Positions 28,100 to 37,081 are shown, numbered from the stretch's first letter. The stretch: 64,000 nt of DNA from Rhizobiales bacterium UBA1912 (GCA_002337455.1 DDGC01000006.1:17922-81921), one strand, 5' to 3'. Notes: generated by a model not told the origin, from the letters alone. A program made the numbers and translations.

Positions 28100-28390
28100 T
28101 CGCGCGGTTCCGTTTCAAAGTGGGACATGTGTCCCGTTCTGGCACGCATCCGGTGCCCTTCTCCTCCAGACGTCGCAATCGCCGTGCCAGTTGGCAATGT
28201 TTCGTTAACGATTGCCACAGGCAATCGGGCACATGGTTAACGCGAGGGGCCGTTATTTGGTTCGGTGCGGCGGGAGGTGGAGCGGGCGCGGTTAATGAAG
28301 CGGTAAGGGATACGCCGCAATTTTGCGGCTTTGTTGCGCTTTTAGAGCCTCAAGACATTTTTGATGGACGAGACCCGAGAGGCCGAACCG

Positions 28391-28873
28391 ATGACCCTTG
28401 CAGCCCCCGCCCGCCTCAGCGCCATTGCGCTGGCCCTTTTCTGCGCCGGTGGGCTTGCCGCCTGCTCGGGCGCGCCCTCCACCGGGGGTGGGTTGGCGCC
28501 CGGTCTGGTAAGCCAGATCAATGCGCCGGGTGCTCAGATGGACCGGCAGGCGGCGTTGGGGATCATCAATCAGTACCGCGCGACGCGCGGAGTTGCCCCT
28601 CTCACGGCCGACCCGGCCCTCGATGCGCAGGCCCAGACGGTGGCGGCTCAATATGCCAGCACGGGCAATCCTCCGGCACGTCCGGCTGGGGCAACCAATA
28701 TGCGGCTTTCGGCTGGCTATACCAATTTCGCCGAAACCTTTTCAGGCTGGCGCAACAGCCCGGCCGACGCCGACGTCCTGGCCCAGGGCGACGCACGCCG
28801 TGCCGGCTTTGCGGCAGTCTACGAGCCCAATTCAGCCTATGGGGCGCATTGGGTCATGTTGCTGGGACAGTAG
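28391..28873 (+). CDS. CAP/SCP (YkwD-like) domain lipoprotein
   Basis: Lipobox ..FCAGGLAAC|SG.., then a CAP-domain pattern ..IINQYRATRGVAPLTADPALDAQAQ..GYTNFAETFSGWRNSPADADVL..HWVMLLG. Confidence 0.8.
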   Translation: MTLAAPARLSAIALALFCAGGLAACSGAPSTGGGLAPGLVSQINAPGAQMDRQAALGIINQYRATRGVAPLTADPALDAQAQTVAAQYASTGNPPARPAGATNMRLSAGYTNFAETFSGWRNSPADADVLAQGDARRAGFAAVYEPNSAYGAHWVMLLGQ

Positions 28874-28904
28874 GGCGGCAGCTCTGCGGCGGCCTTCGGC
28901 GCTT

Positions 28905-29600
28905 CTAACTCTCGGTCGACGCAACTTCCCCGTCTTCCAGCAACCGCTTGCGCAGTTCGGTGCGGGGACAGATGAGTTTGTGCTCGAGGTTGTCGAAATC
29001 GACGCGGGTCATAAATTCGATGGCAAAGCCCGGGTCTAGTATGCGCACGACGCGGCCGACGACGGTTCCCAGCGCCATGGCCATGCCGATTTCGACCTCA
29101 AGATCGGCGGATACGGCAGCGCCGGTCATTGAGATATCGATCACGAAGCAATCGATCATCGAACCATCGGCCACAATCAGGGTCGATTGAGGGTTCTTTG
29201 GCGTGATGCGCCGATAGCGGCGGTGGTCGGAGACTTCGTAATTCTTGTGCTGTTCGAGCCACTGGACATGGGAGGCGAGGCGCTCGCGCTCCTCCTCGGT
29301 CATGTCCAGCGACATCGTGAAGCCAAAACCCATCGGCCGGGTGATCTGGCCGCGCAGCACGCCGAATTCATCGAAATGGGCCGTCACCCAGTCGCCCACT
29401 TCACCACCAATTGGAGCGGCGAGGGACATGGTCATGGGCGAAATGCGTTGCACGCGGCAGGCGAAATAGGATGTCTTGCTATTTGTGCTCGGCCACTTTT
29501 CGAGGTGATACCGCCCAGGCATATTGGTCATCAGCCTCAGGCGGTCGTCCATGCGAGGCCGCTCGGCGTTGCGGGCTCTGGCCCGGGTCCCCTGTGTCAT
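28905..29600 (-). CDS. PilZ domain protein (apparently two PilZ-like halves)
   Basis: C-terminal half has ..DHRRYRRITP..(N)..CFVIDISMTGAAV.. (RxxxR ... D/NxSxxG). The N-terminal half resembles a degenerate second copy. Confidence 0.75.
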   Translation of the reverse strand: MTQGTRARARNAERPRMDDRLRLMTNMPGRYHLEKWPSTNSKTSYFACRVQRISPMTMSLAAPIGGEVGDWVTAHFDEFGVLRGQITRPMGFGFTMSLDMTEEERERLASHVQWLEQHKNYEVSDHRRYRRITPKNPQSTLIVADGSMIDCFVIDISMTGAAVSADLEVEIGMAMALGTVVGRVVRILDPGFAIEFMTRVDFDNLEHKLICPRTELRKRLLEDGEVASTES

Positions 29601-29726
29601 GGTACTGCGCTCCCAACAGTACCTTACCTTATAGTATTAATCCTTAATAAATGTTGTTTTTCAAAATTGACCGATTGTTGGCCGGAGCTGAATTGTCCTT
29701 CATCGGGCCCCTGAGCGAGTAAAATC

Positions 29727-29948
29727 ATGAGCGATACTGTTGTCGATGCGCGAGGACTTAAATGTCCGCTGCCTGTGCTCAAACTCGAAAAGGCGTTGGC
29801 GGGTGCCAGGGCCGGGGACACGATTGCGGTGCTCGCGACCGATCCGGTCGCCCGTATCGACATCCCGCTTTACTGCCGGCAACAAGGACATTTGCTGGAC
29901 ATGAACGACGAGGGCGCCGCGATCCGGTTCCTGGTGACGAAGGCCTGA
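29727..29948 (+). CDS. TusA/SirA-family sulfurtransferase-like protein
   Basis: 73 aa with ..DARGLKCPLPVLKLEKAL.. (CPxP motif). Confidence 0.85.
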   Translation: MSDTVVDARGLKCPLPVLKLEKALAGARAGDTIAVLATDPVARIDIPLYCRQQGHLLDMNDEGAAIRFLVTKA

Positions 29949-29952
29949 ACCG

Positions 29953-31131
29953 TCAGGGGCCCGGAGCCGAAATTGCTGCCTGCCCGCCATTGGGCATCAG
30001 CGATACGATCGAGGAGTCGCCAAAATCGGTTGAAAACGTCTGGTCGACAAGGTTGCCCGTGCCCATCGCCGGCACGCCCGAGCCGGGCCTTGGGCGAGGG
30101 AGGGGCACGTCGGCCAGTCGGCCCAGTGTGGCAATGGTGTGGGTGGGCGGAACGATCGTGTCGTTGAGATAGGAAATCTGGCCATCAAGGCCAGCGGAAA
30201 AGACCTCGGCGCGCTGCTCGGAATAATCTGCAGCGCCGGCGCCGCAGACATTGGGCCGCATGTCGGTGGGCAGGAGGCCGGGCTGGTTGACGACTGAATT
30301 GACTGTACGGCCCGTGCCGCGATAGCCACCGGCAAAGCCCGAAAACAGCATCTGGGCGGTCATTTCGCCGCGCTCGCGCGATGAATTGGCGCCGAAGGTC
30401 ACGGCCATCAACTGCCGCCCGCCGCGGGTTACGGTGGCGATGATATTGAGGCCCGAAGCGCAGATATAGCCAGTTTTCATGCCGTCGGTACCCGCAAAGC
30501 TGGTCAGAAGCTCGTTGTTGGCATGCGAGCGGGAATCGCCGAATGCGACGGTGCGGGTGGAAAACAGCGCATCGTACTGAGGAAAGCGCGCCCGGATGGT
30601 CAAGGCGATCATGGCAATGTCGCGCGCCGTGGTGACCTGGGCAGGATCGTGCAGGCCGTGGGGATTGACGAAATGGGTGCCCGAGAGCCCCATGATCGCG
30701 GCGCGCGCGTTCATCATATCGACAAAGGCCGGTTCGCTGCCCGCTATGGTTTCGCCAATGGCGACGGCAATGTCGTTGGCCGATTTGACGATCAGAACGT
30801 AAAGCGCGTCCTCGAGCGTGATCGCCGTGCCTTCGGGCAAACCCAGCTTGGAGGGCGGGACCGAGAGGGCGTTGGCAGAGGTGATGACGGGGGTGGACAG
30901 CGTCGCCTGCCCGGTTTCAATAGCTTCGAAAGCGATGAGTGCGGTCATCAGCTTGGTGAGCGAGGCCGGGTGCCAGGGAATGCCGGCCTCGTTTTCGTAG
31001 AGCACCTCGTTGGTGCGCATGTCGATGAGCAGCTGGGGCAGCGCGAAAGCCTGCGAAATGGCGACCGCGAAGGCGCCCAGAACCAGGATACAAATGGATA
31101 GCAATCGCCGGACAGACTGCACCGCGCTCAC
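29953..31131 (-). CDS. D-alanyl-D-alanine carboxypeptidase (S11 penicillin-binding protein)
   Basis: Signal peptide, SxxK (..PASLTKLMT..), SxN (..VKSANDIA..) and KTG (..DGMKTGYI..) motifs. Confidence 0.9.
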   Translation of the reverse strand: MSAVQSVRRLLSICILVLGAFAVAISQAFALPQLLIDMRTNEVLYENEAGIPWHPASLTKLMTALIAFEAIETGQATLSTPVITSANALSVPPSKLGLPEGTAITLEDALYVLIVKSANDIAVAIGETIAGSEPAFVDMMNARAAIMGLSGTHFVNPHGLHDPAQVTTARDIAMIALTIRARFPQYDALFSTRTVAFGDSRSHANNELLTSFAGTDGMKTGYICASGLNIIATVTRGGRQLMAVTFGANSSRERGEMTAQMLFSGFAGGYRGTGRTVNSVVNQPGLLPTDMRPNVCGAGAADYSEQRAEVFSAGLDGQISYLNDTIVPPTHTIATLGRLADVPLPRPRPGSGVPAMGTGNLVDQTFSTDFGDSSIVSLMPNGGQAAISAPGP

Positions 31132-31149
31132 TCCGTTATCGTTTCGTTA

Positions 31150-31186
31150 GAGCATGATCCGGCCCGATTGAATCGGTCCGGCGCTC
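31150..31186 (+). repeat. dispersed repeat, head hairpin (split copy)
   Basis: GAGCATGATCCGGCCCGAT-tga-ATCGGTCCGGCGCTC. Closely resembles 16934-16971. Confidence 0.65.
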
Positions 31187-31335
31187 CAGGTTGCATGGAA
31201 AGTTAGGTGATGGTGGCCTGCAAATGGCAATCTTCTGCGCTTCCGGTGCTCACGTACCAAATGTACGCTCCGCTCCGGTTCTCAAAGACTACCATTTTCG
31301 GCTCACCCTGGCCTAACTGTTCACACAACCTAAGG

Positions 31336-31392
31336 TTTTGCTTTGTCGCGCGGCCGAACCGAAAAAGTCTGGAACTTTTTCTGGCCGCACTC
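31336..31392 (+). repeat. dispersed repeat, linker plus tail hairpin (split copy, 149 nt downstream of its head)
   Basis: TTTTGCTTTGTCGCGCGGCCGAACCGAAAAAGT-ctgga-ACTTTTTCTGG. The 8-bp arms GAAAAAGT/ACTTTTTC are perfect. Confidence 0.65.
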
Positions 31393-31548
31393 CGGTGATC
31401 AGTCGAATGCTTAACAGGGCAAATTTGGCTAAACAATGCCCGCAGGGCGTTGTCCAACAACTTGGCGCGTGTGTGGTCTTTTGGCCAAGGGTTCCCTTTC
31501 GTAACCATGGACACTATATGTACCCAATCAACGCAAGGAATTTTGGCC

Positions 31549-31947
31549 ATGGCCAGTATTGAGCCTGATGAAGCGACCGTATGTACGGCGATGGGGGATA
31601 TCCTCAACCGGATCGGCGACAAATGGAGCGTGATGGTGGTGGGCCGGCTCAAGGGCGGCACCATGCGGTTTTCCGAGCTGCGCCGGGCCATCGACGGGGT
31701 CTCGCAGCGCATGTTGACGCTCACCTTGCGCAACCTGGAGCGCGACGGGTTGGTGACACGCACCGTTTATGCCGAGATTCCCCCGCGGGTCGAATACACG
31801 CTGACCGAAATGGGGAACACCCTGACGGGTCCTATCGGCGCGCTGTGGGACTGGGCCGCCGCGCATCAGGACCAGGTGGCGCGGGCACGAATGGTTTACG
31901 ACCGCGCGCAGGCCAACGCGGACGAGCCGGTGCGCAGGCGCGCCTGA
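31549..31947 (+). CDS. HxlR-family transcriptional regulator
   Basis: ..ILNRIGDKWSVMVVGRLKGGTMRFSELRRAIDGVSQRMLTLTLRNLERDGLVTRTVYAEIPPRVEYTLTEMG... The start is uncertain (31549, 31507 or 31450). Confidence 0.88.
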   Translation: MASIEPDEATVCTAMGDILNRIGDKWSVMVVGRLKGGTMRFSELRRAIDGVSQRMLTLTLRNLERDGLVTRTVYAEIPPRVEYTLTEMGNTLTGPIGALWDWAAAHQDQVARARMVYDRAQANADEPVRRRA

Positions 31948-32061
31948 GCGCTTGGCGCTTGCTGTGTCGTTCGGGTTGGTTCGAGGCACGCCGTTCCCCG
32001 ATTGCCCTTGCCGCCGTTTCATGATGGGGTATGCGGCTTTTCCGATCCGGTGGATTTTGTG

Positions 32062-33516
32062 ATGGGCAAGGAAATCGAACTCAAACTGCAGATTGCGCCG
32101 CAGGCGGCAGGACTGGCCGTTCAGTGGGGCGAGGCGCAGGGGGAGATGAACCTGCGGCCGTTGCGCTCGGTTTATTTCGACACGCCCGGCCGCTCGCTGG
32201 CCATGGCGGGCCTGTCACTGCGGACGCGCTATGACGGCGCGGGGTTCATCCAGACCGTGAAGGCGGCAAAGGGCAAGGCGGCGGGGCTTTTCACGCGCGA
32301 GGAGTGGGAAAAAGAGGTGGTGTCGGAGCGGCCCGAATTGGGCACGGACACGCCGCTGGCAGGGTTGCCCCGCCAGACCCTTGATGCGCTGGCGCCGCTT
32401 TTCTCAGTGGAGGTGGAGCGGGGAAGTCTCGATATAGCGCGTGGGAACAGTGTTATCGAGATGGCGATCGATACCGGCGTTGTCGCTGCTGATGACCGTC
32501 GGGCCGATTTCTGCGAGATCGAACTCGAACTCAAATCGGGCGAGCCGCACGCACTGTTCGAACTGACACGGGAACTCGATGCGCTGGTCAGCCTCCGGCT
32601 GGGCGTCATGACAAAGTCCGAGCGCGGCTATCGCCTGCTCGATGCAGTTGCCGAAAGCGCCAAGGCGGGGTCCATCGCCCTCTCGGCCGATCTGAGCGTC
32701 GAGGACGGCTTTGCGGCGATAGCGAGCGCCTGCATTCGGCAATACCGGATCAACGAAGACATCCTGCTTCGGCGCCGTTCGCCTGACGCCCTGCATCAGG
32801 CGCGTGTGGGGCTGCGGCGGCTGCGTTCGGCCCTCACGCTGTTCAAGCCGGTGGTTGCCGACGACAGGCACTCTCATTTTGGCGACGAGCTCAAATGGTT
32901 GGCGGCAGAATTGGGTGATGCGCGCGATCTCGATGTGCTCTACGACCGGGCACGATCCAACGAATTGCGGATCGCCATTGCCCGGCTGCGCGAGAGCGCC
33001 TATGGGGCGCTCGAGGATACGCTGGGTTCGGCGCGGGCGCGGGCGCTGATGATCGATCTCGCCGAATGGATTGCGGTCGGGGCATGGCGCGACGCCGAAG
33101 ACCGTGCGGAAGGCCAGACTTCGACCGGCGAGTTTGCCGCTCACGCGCTGGAAAAATCGTTCCGGAAATTTAAAAAGCACAGCGAAGGGCTGGCCGGGTT
33201 GAGCGATGAGGACCGGCACGAGGTGCGCAAGCTGGCCAAAAAGCTGCGCTATGGCAGCGATTTCTTTGCCGCCCTCTATGACGACAAGAAGCGGGCCAAG
33301 CGTCACCACCGTTTCATCGACCATCTGCAATCGGTGCAGGACCATCTCGGCAAGCTCAATGATATGGCGGCGGCGCCCGGCCTTTTGGCGCGGAACGGGC
33401 TCGATGAGACCGACGGCGCCGAGGGCGTCCTGTCGGGCGCCGACACTGCGGACACGCTCAGGAAAGCCGAAACGTCGCGTGATGCTCTTGTCGAGCTCAA
33501 GCCGTTCTGGGTCTAG
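32062..33516 (+). CDS. CYTH plus CHAD domain protein (triphosphate tunnel / polyphosphate-associated)
   Basis: MGKEIELKLQI.. (CYTH ExExK) and a C-terminal CHAD-type helical region with ..ALHQARVGLRRLRSAL.. and ..HEVRKLAKKLRYG... Confidence 0.85.
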   Translation: MGKEIELKLQIAPQAAGLAVQWGEAQGEMNLRPLRSVYFDTPGRSLAMAGLSLRTRYDGAGFIQTVKAAKGKAAGLFTREEWEKEVVSERPELGTDTPLAGLPRQTLDALAPLFSVEVERGSLDIARGNSVIEMAIDTGVVAADDRRADFCEIELELKSGEPHALFELTRELDALVSLRLGVMTKSERGYRLLDAVAESAKAGSIALSADLSVEDGFAAIASACIRQYRINEDILLRRRSPDALHQARVGLRRLRSALTLFKPVVADDRHSHFGDELKWLAAELGDARDLDVLYDRARSNELRIAIARLRESAYGALEDTLGSARARALMIDLAEWIAVGAWRDAEDRAEGQTSTGEFAAHALEKSFRKFKKHSEGLAGLSDEDRHEVRKLAKKLRYGSDFFAALYDDKKRAKRHHRFIDHLQSVQDHLGKLNDMAAAPGLLARNGLDETDGAEGVLSGADTADTLRKAETSRDALVELKPFWV

Positions 33517-33560
33517 CTCAGCGCGACCCGATAGCGCGCTAATGCGCCTGCAATTGAGAA

Positions 33561-33645
33561 TGGTGCGGGTGGCCGGAATCGAACCGGCACTCCTTTCGGA
33601 ACTGGATTTTGAGTCCAGCGCGTCTACCAATTCCACCACACCCGC
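33561..33645 (-). tRNA. tRNA-Leu (anticodon CAA)
   Basis: Reverse complement GCGGGTGTGGTGGAATTGGTAGACGCGCTGGACTCAAAATCCAG..GGTTCGATTCCGGCCACCCGCACCA. Long variable arm, anticodon loop CTCAAAA, encoded CCA. Confidence 0.95.
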
Positions 33646-33749
33646 AGCAGATTTGTCGCGGCGGACTATAGGCAAACATCACGCGGCGTCAATTGCCCCA
33701 AGGCGCCCTTTTTGAGCCGGATGGTGATTTTATTGCCGGCAATGACCGA

Positions 33750-34373
33750 TCAGCGTGAGAGGGATCGGGTTACTTTGGCGATGCGCTTTAGCTTTGCCGG
33801 CTGGGAGATAGATGTCACTCGCCGGTCAAGGATGGCAATAAGCCGCGCGCGTTCCGGGCCGGTAACGACAGAGGCGGCGATCTCGGCATAAGCGGGCAAT
33901 TGATTGACGGGGGCCGTTTCGATCTGATCGAGTATGATCGGGGCCACTTCCTTGTAGTGGCCGGAACGGGCCAGACCCGCGAGAACCCCCATTGTTGCGT
34001 CTTTGGCAATGACCGATCCGGCGTCAGCGGCAGCCAGAATGGAATCGAGATGTTCGGACAGCAATCGCGGTTCGAGCGGTGCCAGTGTTTCGAGGGCCTT
34101 TAAAGCTCCCCAGACCTGACGATTGGCGCTCGCATCAAGGCGGGAAAGAAATGCATCGGCGTGCGGCGCGATGAGCTCGGGTGCTCGGTAGCCGATTTCG
34201 TAAAGTACCTTGATGGCGTCGTTCGCGACGGCCTTGCTGGTTTTCTGCAGCGCATCGGCCAGCGTGGCGATTGCCGTGTGGTCCCTTTGCGCCACGAGCT
34301 GCTCGGCAAGAGCAATATTGGGTTGCTCGTCATTGCGGCCCAACGCACAGGCGAGCTGATCGAGAATGCCCAA
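33750..34373 (-). CDS. hypothetical all-alpha (HEAT/ARM-like repeat?) protein
   Basis: Leucine/alanine-rich helical ORF. The proposed TTG start at 34373 lies 2 nt after the upstream Zn-ribbon stop and has a GGAG 6 nt upstream; the track start 34424 would overlap that gene by 49 nt. Confidence 0.55.
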   Translation of the reverse strand: MGILDQLACALGRNDEQPNIALAEQLVAQRDHTAIATLADALQKTSKAVANDAIKVLYEIGYRAPELIAPHADAFLSRLDASANRQVWGALKALETLAPLEPRLLSEHLDSILAAADAGSVIAKDATMGVLAGLARSGHYKEVAPIILDQIETAPVNQLPAYAEIAASVVTGPERARLIAILDRRVTSISQPAKLKRIAKVTRSLSR

Positions 34374-34375
34374 GG

Positions 34376-34630
34376 CTAGCTCCGCCAGCGCTGCAGACGC
34401 GGCAGGGACCGGGTAAATGCCCACGCCATCACACTTGGCATGCCCTGCTTGCGCAATTGGTCAATGCAATATTGTTGCATCTGCGCGACCGTAAAACCGG
34501 GTTGTCTGAACGCACCAGCCTGGAAGCACAGTGAGCAATAGAGAGACGAGCGGCTGCCATCGGCATTGGTGCCTCCGCCTTCGGGATCCTTGCTCATGGG
34601 CATTGAGCAGCTCTGACAAATCGGTCCCAC
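34376..34630 (-). CDS. small zinc-ribbon protein (Zn_ribbon_2-like)
   Basis: ..ICQSCSMPMSKDPEGGGTNADGSRSSLYCSLCFQAGAF.. contains two CxxC pairs. The proposed GTG start at 34630 (MGPICQSC..) has GGAG upstream; the track start 34762 would run through the merR promoter region. Confidence 0.65.
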   Translation of the reverse strand: MGPICQSCSMPMSKDPEGGGTNADGSRSSLYCSLCFQAGAFRQPGFTVAQMQQYCIDQLRKQGMPSVMAWAFTRSLPRLQRWRS

Positions 34631-34663
34631 AGCGGCTCCATTGTTTTGGCCCGATCGGCCATC

Positions 34664-34718
34664 TTGACACCGTTGGGTGTGAACCATAGTAAAACCATGG
34701 AGTGTGGTCAATGGTTTT
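34664..34718. promoter_or_regulatory. compact divergent promoter/operator region between the Zn-ribbon operon and merR
   Basis: Plus strand: TTGACA (34664-69), 17-nt spacer, TAGTAA (34687-92). Minus strand: TTGACC (34711-06), 17-nt spacer, TATGGT (34688-83). Dyads ACACC-gttg-GGTGT (34667-80) and AAAACCAT-N12-ATGGTTTT (34691-718). Confidence 0.45.
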
Positions 34719-34727
34719 GGAGACATG

Positions 34728-35087
34728 ATGCGAGTCGGGGCCCTGGCAAAGCAAGCAGGCATGACGCGGGATACGATCCGGTTTTATGAGCGCAGGGGGC
34801 TGATTTCTTCCCGGCCGTCCGAGGATTCATCCAACAGCTACCGCGACTACCCCGACGACACTGTGGAACGGCTCGACATGATCGCGCAGGCCCGGGCTGC
34901 CGGGATGAGTATCGCCGAGCTTGAGGTGCTGGTTCAGGTGATGGAAACCGGCGATCTCGAGGCGTTTGATGCCGACAGCTTTCTCGCGGAAAAAATCGGG
35001 GAGATCGAAGCCTCGATTGCCCGATCGCGGCGTTTTGCGGCGCTTCTCAAGGCAACCCGAACGGCGCTGGCTCGCGCGGTGCGATAA
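34728..35087 (+). CDS. MerR-family transcriptional regulator
   Basis: MRVGALAKQAGMTRDTIRFYERRGLI..YRDY.. is the canonical MerR wHTH. GGAGAC precedes the ATG pair 34725/34728. Confidence 0.88.
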   Translation: MRVGALAKQAGMTRDTIRFYERRGLISSRPSEDSSNSYRDYPDDTVERLDMIAQARAAGMSIAELEVLVQVMETGDLEAFDADSFLAEKIGEIEASIARSRRFAALLKATRTALARAVR

Positions 35088-35233
35088 GTAAGCTTTGGCG
35101 CTTTTTGAACCTTTTGCCGATAATGGTACCGAAGTGCTCGAGTGCTGCGCCGTAAATCCGGCGTGATCATGATTGAAAAGTTGGTGCGGATGGAGCATGG
35201 CTTGCCCGCCCGATAGTTGGGGACGACCAATAC

Positions 35234-35815
35234 ATGCTTCGCCGCCTTTATGACTGGGCCATGAGAATGGCTGTGAGCCGACAGGCTCCCTATGCCCTGG
35301 CCGGGGTGAGTTTTGCCGAAAGCTCGTTCTTTCCGCTGCCGCCCGACGTGATGCTGATCCCCATGGTGGTGGCGGACCGGAAATCGGCCTGGTGGAACGC
35401 GACGATCTGTACTGTGGCTTCAGTGCTGGGGGGGATTTTCGGATACGTGATCGGGGCATTCCTGTTCGAGCCTCTGGCGCGGCCGATCATCGACTTCTAC
35501 CATTACGGACCAGCCTTCGAGCAGCTCCAGCAGTGGTTTGCCGATTATGGATTGCTGATCGTCTTTGTCGCCGGGTTCACGCCGGTTCCCTACAAGGTCT
35601 TTACCATCGCGTCGGGGTTTGCCGGGCTGTCGTTGCCGGTTTTCATCCTCGGCTCGGTCATTTCACGCGGCGCGCGGTTCTTTCTGGTTGCGACGCTCTT
35701 GTATTTCTTCGGCCCACCGGTCCGCGACTTCATCGAAAAACGGCTCGGTCTGGTCACAATCGTCTTTACAGTGCTTTTGATCAGCGGCTTCGTCGCTATC
35801 CGCTATTTACGCTAG
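35234..35815 (+). CDS. YqaA/DedA-related (SNARE-associated) membrane protein
   Basis: ..FAESSFFPLPPDVMLIPM.. and a polytopic profile typical of YqaA. Confidence 0.8.
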   Translation: MLRRLYDWAMRMAVSRQAPYALAGVSFAESSFFPLPPDVMLIPMVVADRKSAWWNATICTVASVLGGIFGYVIGAFLFEPLARPIIDFYHYGPAFEQLQQWFADYGLLIVFVAGFTPVPYKVFTIASGFAGLSLPVFILGSVISRGARFFLVATLLYFFGPPVRDFIEKRLGLVTIVFTVLLISGFVAIRYLR

Positions 35816-35828
35816 GATCTCCCCACTC

Positions 35829-36341
35829 ATGTCGCAGACTTCACCATCTTCATCGGACCGGACCCTGGCCGGTGTGGCTTTTGTTCTGGGGCTCGCCGCC
35901 ATTCTCGGGGCGCTGGCGTTTCAGTTCATCGGCGGGCTCTATCCGTGCGAATTGTGCCTGACCCAGCGCTGGCCGTACTATATTGGCTTGCCGCTGCTGG
36001 CTCTGGCGCTGACCGTCTGGACAAAGCTTACAACGGCAATTCGGGTCGGGCTGATGGGGATCGTTGCTGTGCTGTTTGCGTGGGGCGCCTGGGTCGGTGG
36101 TTATCATGCGGGCGTGGAATGGGGCTGGTGGCCCGGGCCGCAGAGCTGCACCGGGGTCGGAGATGACGCGATCAGCCTCGACATGCTTTCGGACATGAGC
36201 GATGTGCGCATCGTGCCGTGTGACGCGATCCAGTGGGAGTTGCTGGGCATCTCGCTGGCCGGGTTCAACGCGCTGATTTCGGCAGCCATCGTGGTGCTGC
36301 TGGTGTTGGCGATTATCGGGCAGCTGCGGCGCAAAGCCTAG
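35829..36341 (+). CDS. dsbB: disulfide bond formation protein B family
   Basis: Four TM helices with ..LYPCELCLTQRWPYY.. (CxxC) and a second Cys pair in the later loop. Confidence 0.8.
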   Translation: MSQTSPSSSDRTLAGVAFVLGLAAILGALAFQFIGGLYPCELCLTQRWPYYIGLPLLALALTVWTKLTTAIRVGLMGIVAVLFAWGAWVGGYHAGVEWGWWPGPQSCTGVGDDAISLDMLSDMSDVRIVPCDAIQWELLGISLAGFNALISAAIVVLLVLAIIGQLRRKA

Positions 36342-36895
36342 GGCTCCAGTTCGATATCCCAATAGAGGTAATCGAGCCAGCTATCGTGGAGATAGTTGGG
36401 TGGGAAGGCCCGGCCATTGTTGTGCAGATCGTGCACGGTGGGCTGGAAGGGCTTCTGGCGCGGGATCATGCCGATTTCGCGCGGGGTGCGATTGGCCTTG
36501 CGCAGATTGCAGGGCGAACAGGCCGCCACGATGTTTTCCCAAGTTGTGCGGCCACCCTTGGAGCGCGGCAGGACGTGATCGAAGGTCAGATCGTGGCGCG
36601 AGCCGCAATATTGGCACTGGAAACGATCTCGCAGGAAAACGTTGAAGCGGGTAAAGGCGGGGTATTTGGCGGGCTGGACGTAGTCTTTGAGCGAAATGAC
36701 GCTCGGAAGGCGCATCTCGAAGCTCGGACTTCGGACCACCTTGTCATATTCGGAGACGATATGAACGCGGTCCAGGCACACGGCCTTTATGGCATCCTGC
36801 CAGTTCCACAAGGACAATGGATAATAGCTGAGCGGCCTGAAATCGGCGTTCAGGACGAGAGCGGGACAGGCCTGAGGTGACACATGGATTGTCAC
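36338..36895 (-). CDS. HNH endonuclease
   Basis: ..CQYCGSRHDLTFDHVLPRSKGGRTTWENIVAACSPCNLRK.. (HNH/Cys4). Its stop overlaps the dsbB stop by 4 nt. Confidence 0.85.
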   Translation of the reverse strand: MTIHVSPQACPALVLNADFRPLSYYPLSLWNWQDAIKAVCLDRVHIVSEYDKVVRSPSFEMRLPSVISLKDYVQPAKYPAFTRFNVFLRDRFQCQYCGSRHDLTFDHVLPRSKGGRTTWENIVAACSPCNLRKANRTPREIGMIPRQKPFQPTVHDLHNNGRAFPPNYLHDSWLDYLYWDIELEP

Positions 36896-37081
36896 AAAAT
36901 CCTCCGGGGCATGGACTTAACCTCCCCGCAACGCTTCCAATCCTGAATGCGCTCTGACCGCTGCCGGAAGCGCTCCGGCGATTCCATTGCTATATTCTAC
37001 GCCTCTTGTGACAGAGCTGTGAAGAACTTTGTTGAAAAGGTGTGGAGAATCCAACCGGCTAGAGGACTTTCTGTCACGCGC

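Noticed and set aside
28120-28908. 262-aa plus-strand ORF overlapping the CAP-domain gene in another frame
   Set aside because: It is Gly/Arg/Pro-rich. The CAP frame has a lipobox and conserved CAP segments.
32404-33675. 423-aa minus-strand ORF
   Set aside because: It is antisense to the CYTH-CHAD gene and reads straight through the tRNA-Leu gene.
37008-37077. 8-bp inverted repeat GTGACAGA...TCTGTCAC with a 54-nt loop between the HNH and esterase genes
   Set aside because: The arms are short and the loop is long, with no T-run. It could be a chance match or a weak terminator for the esterase operon.
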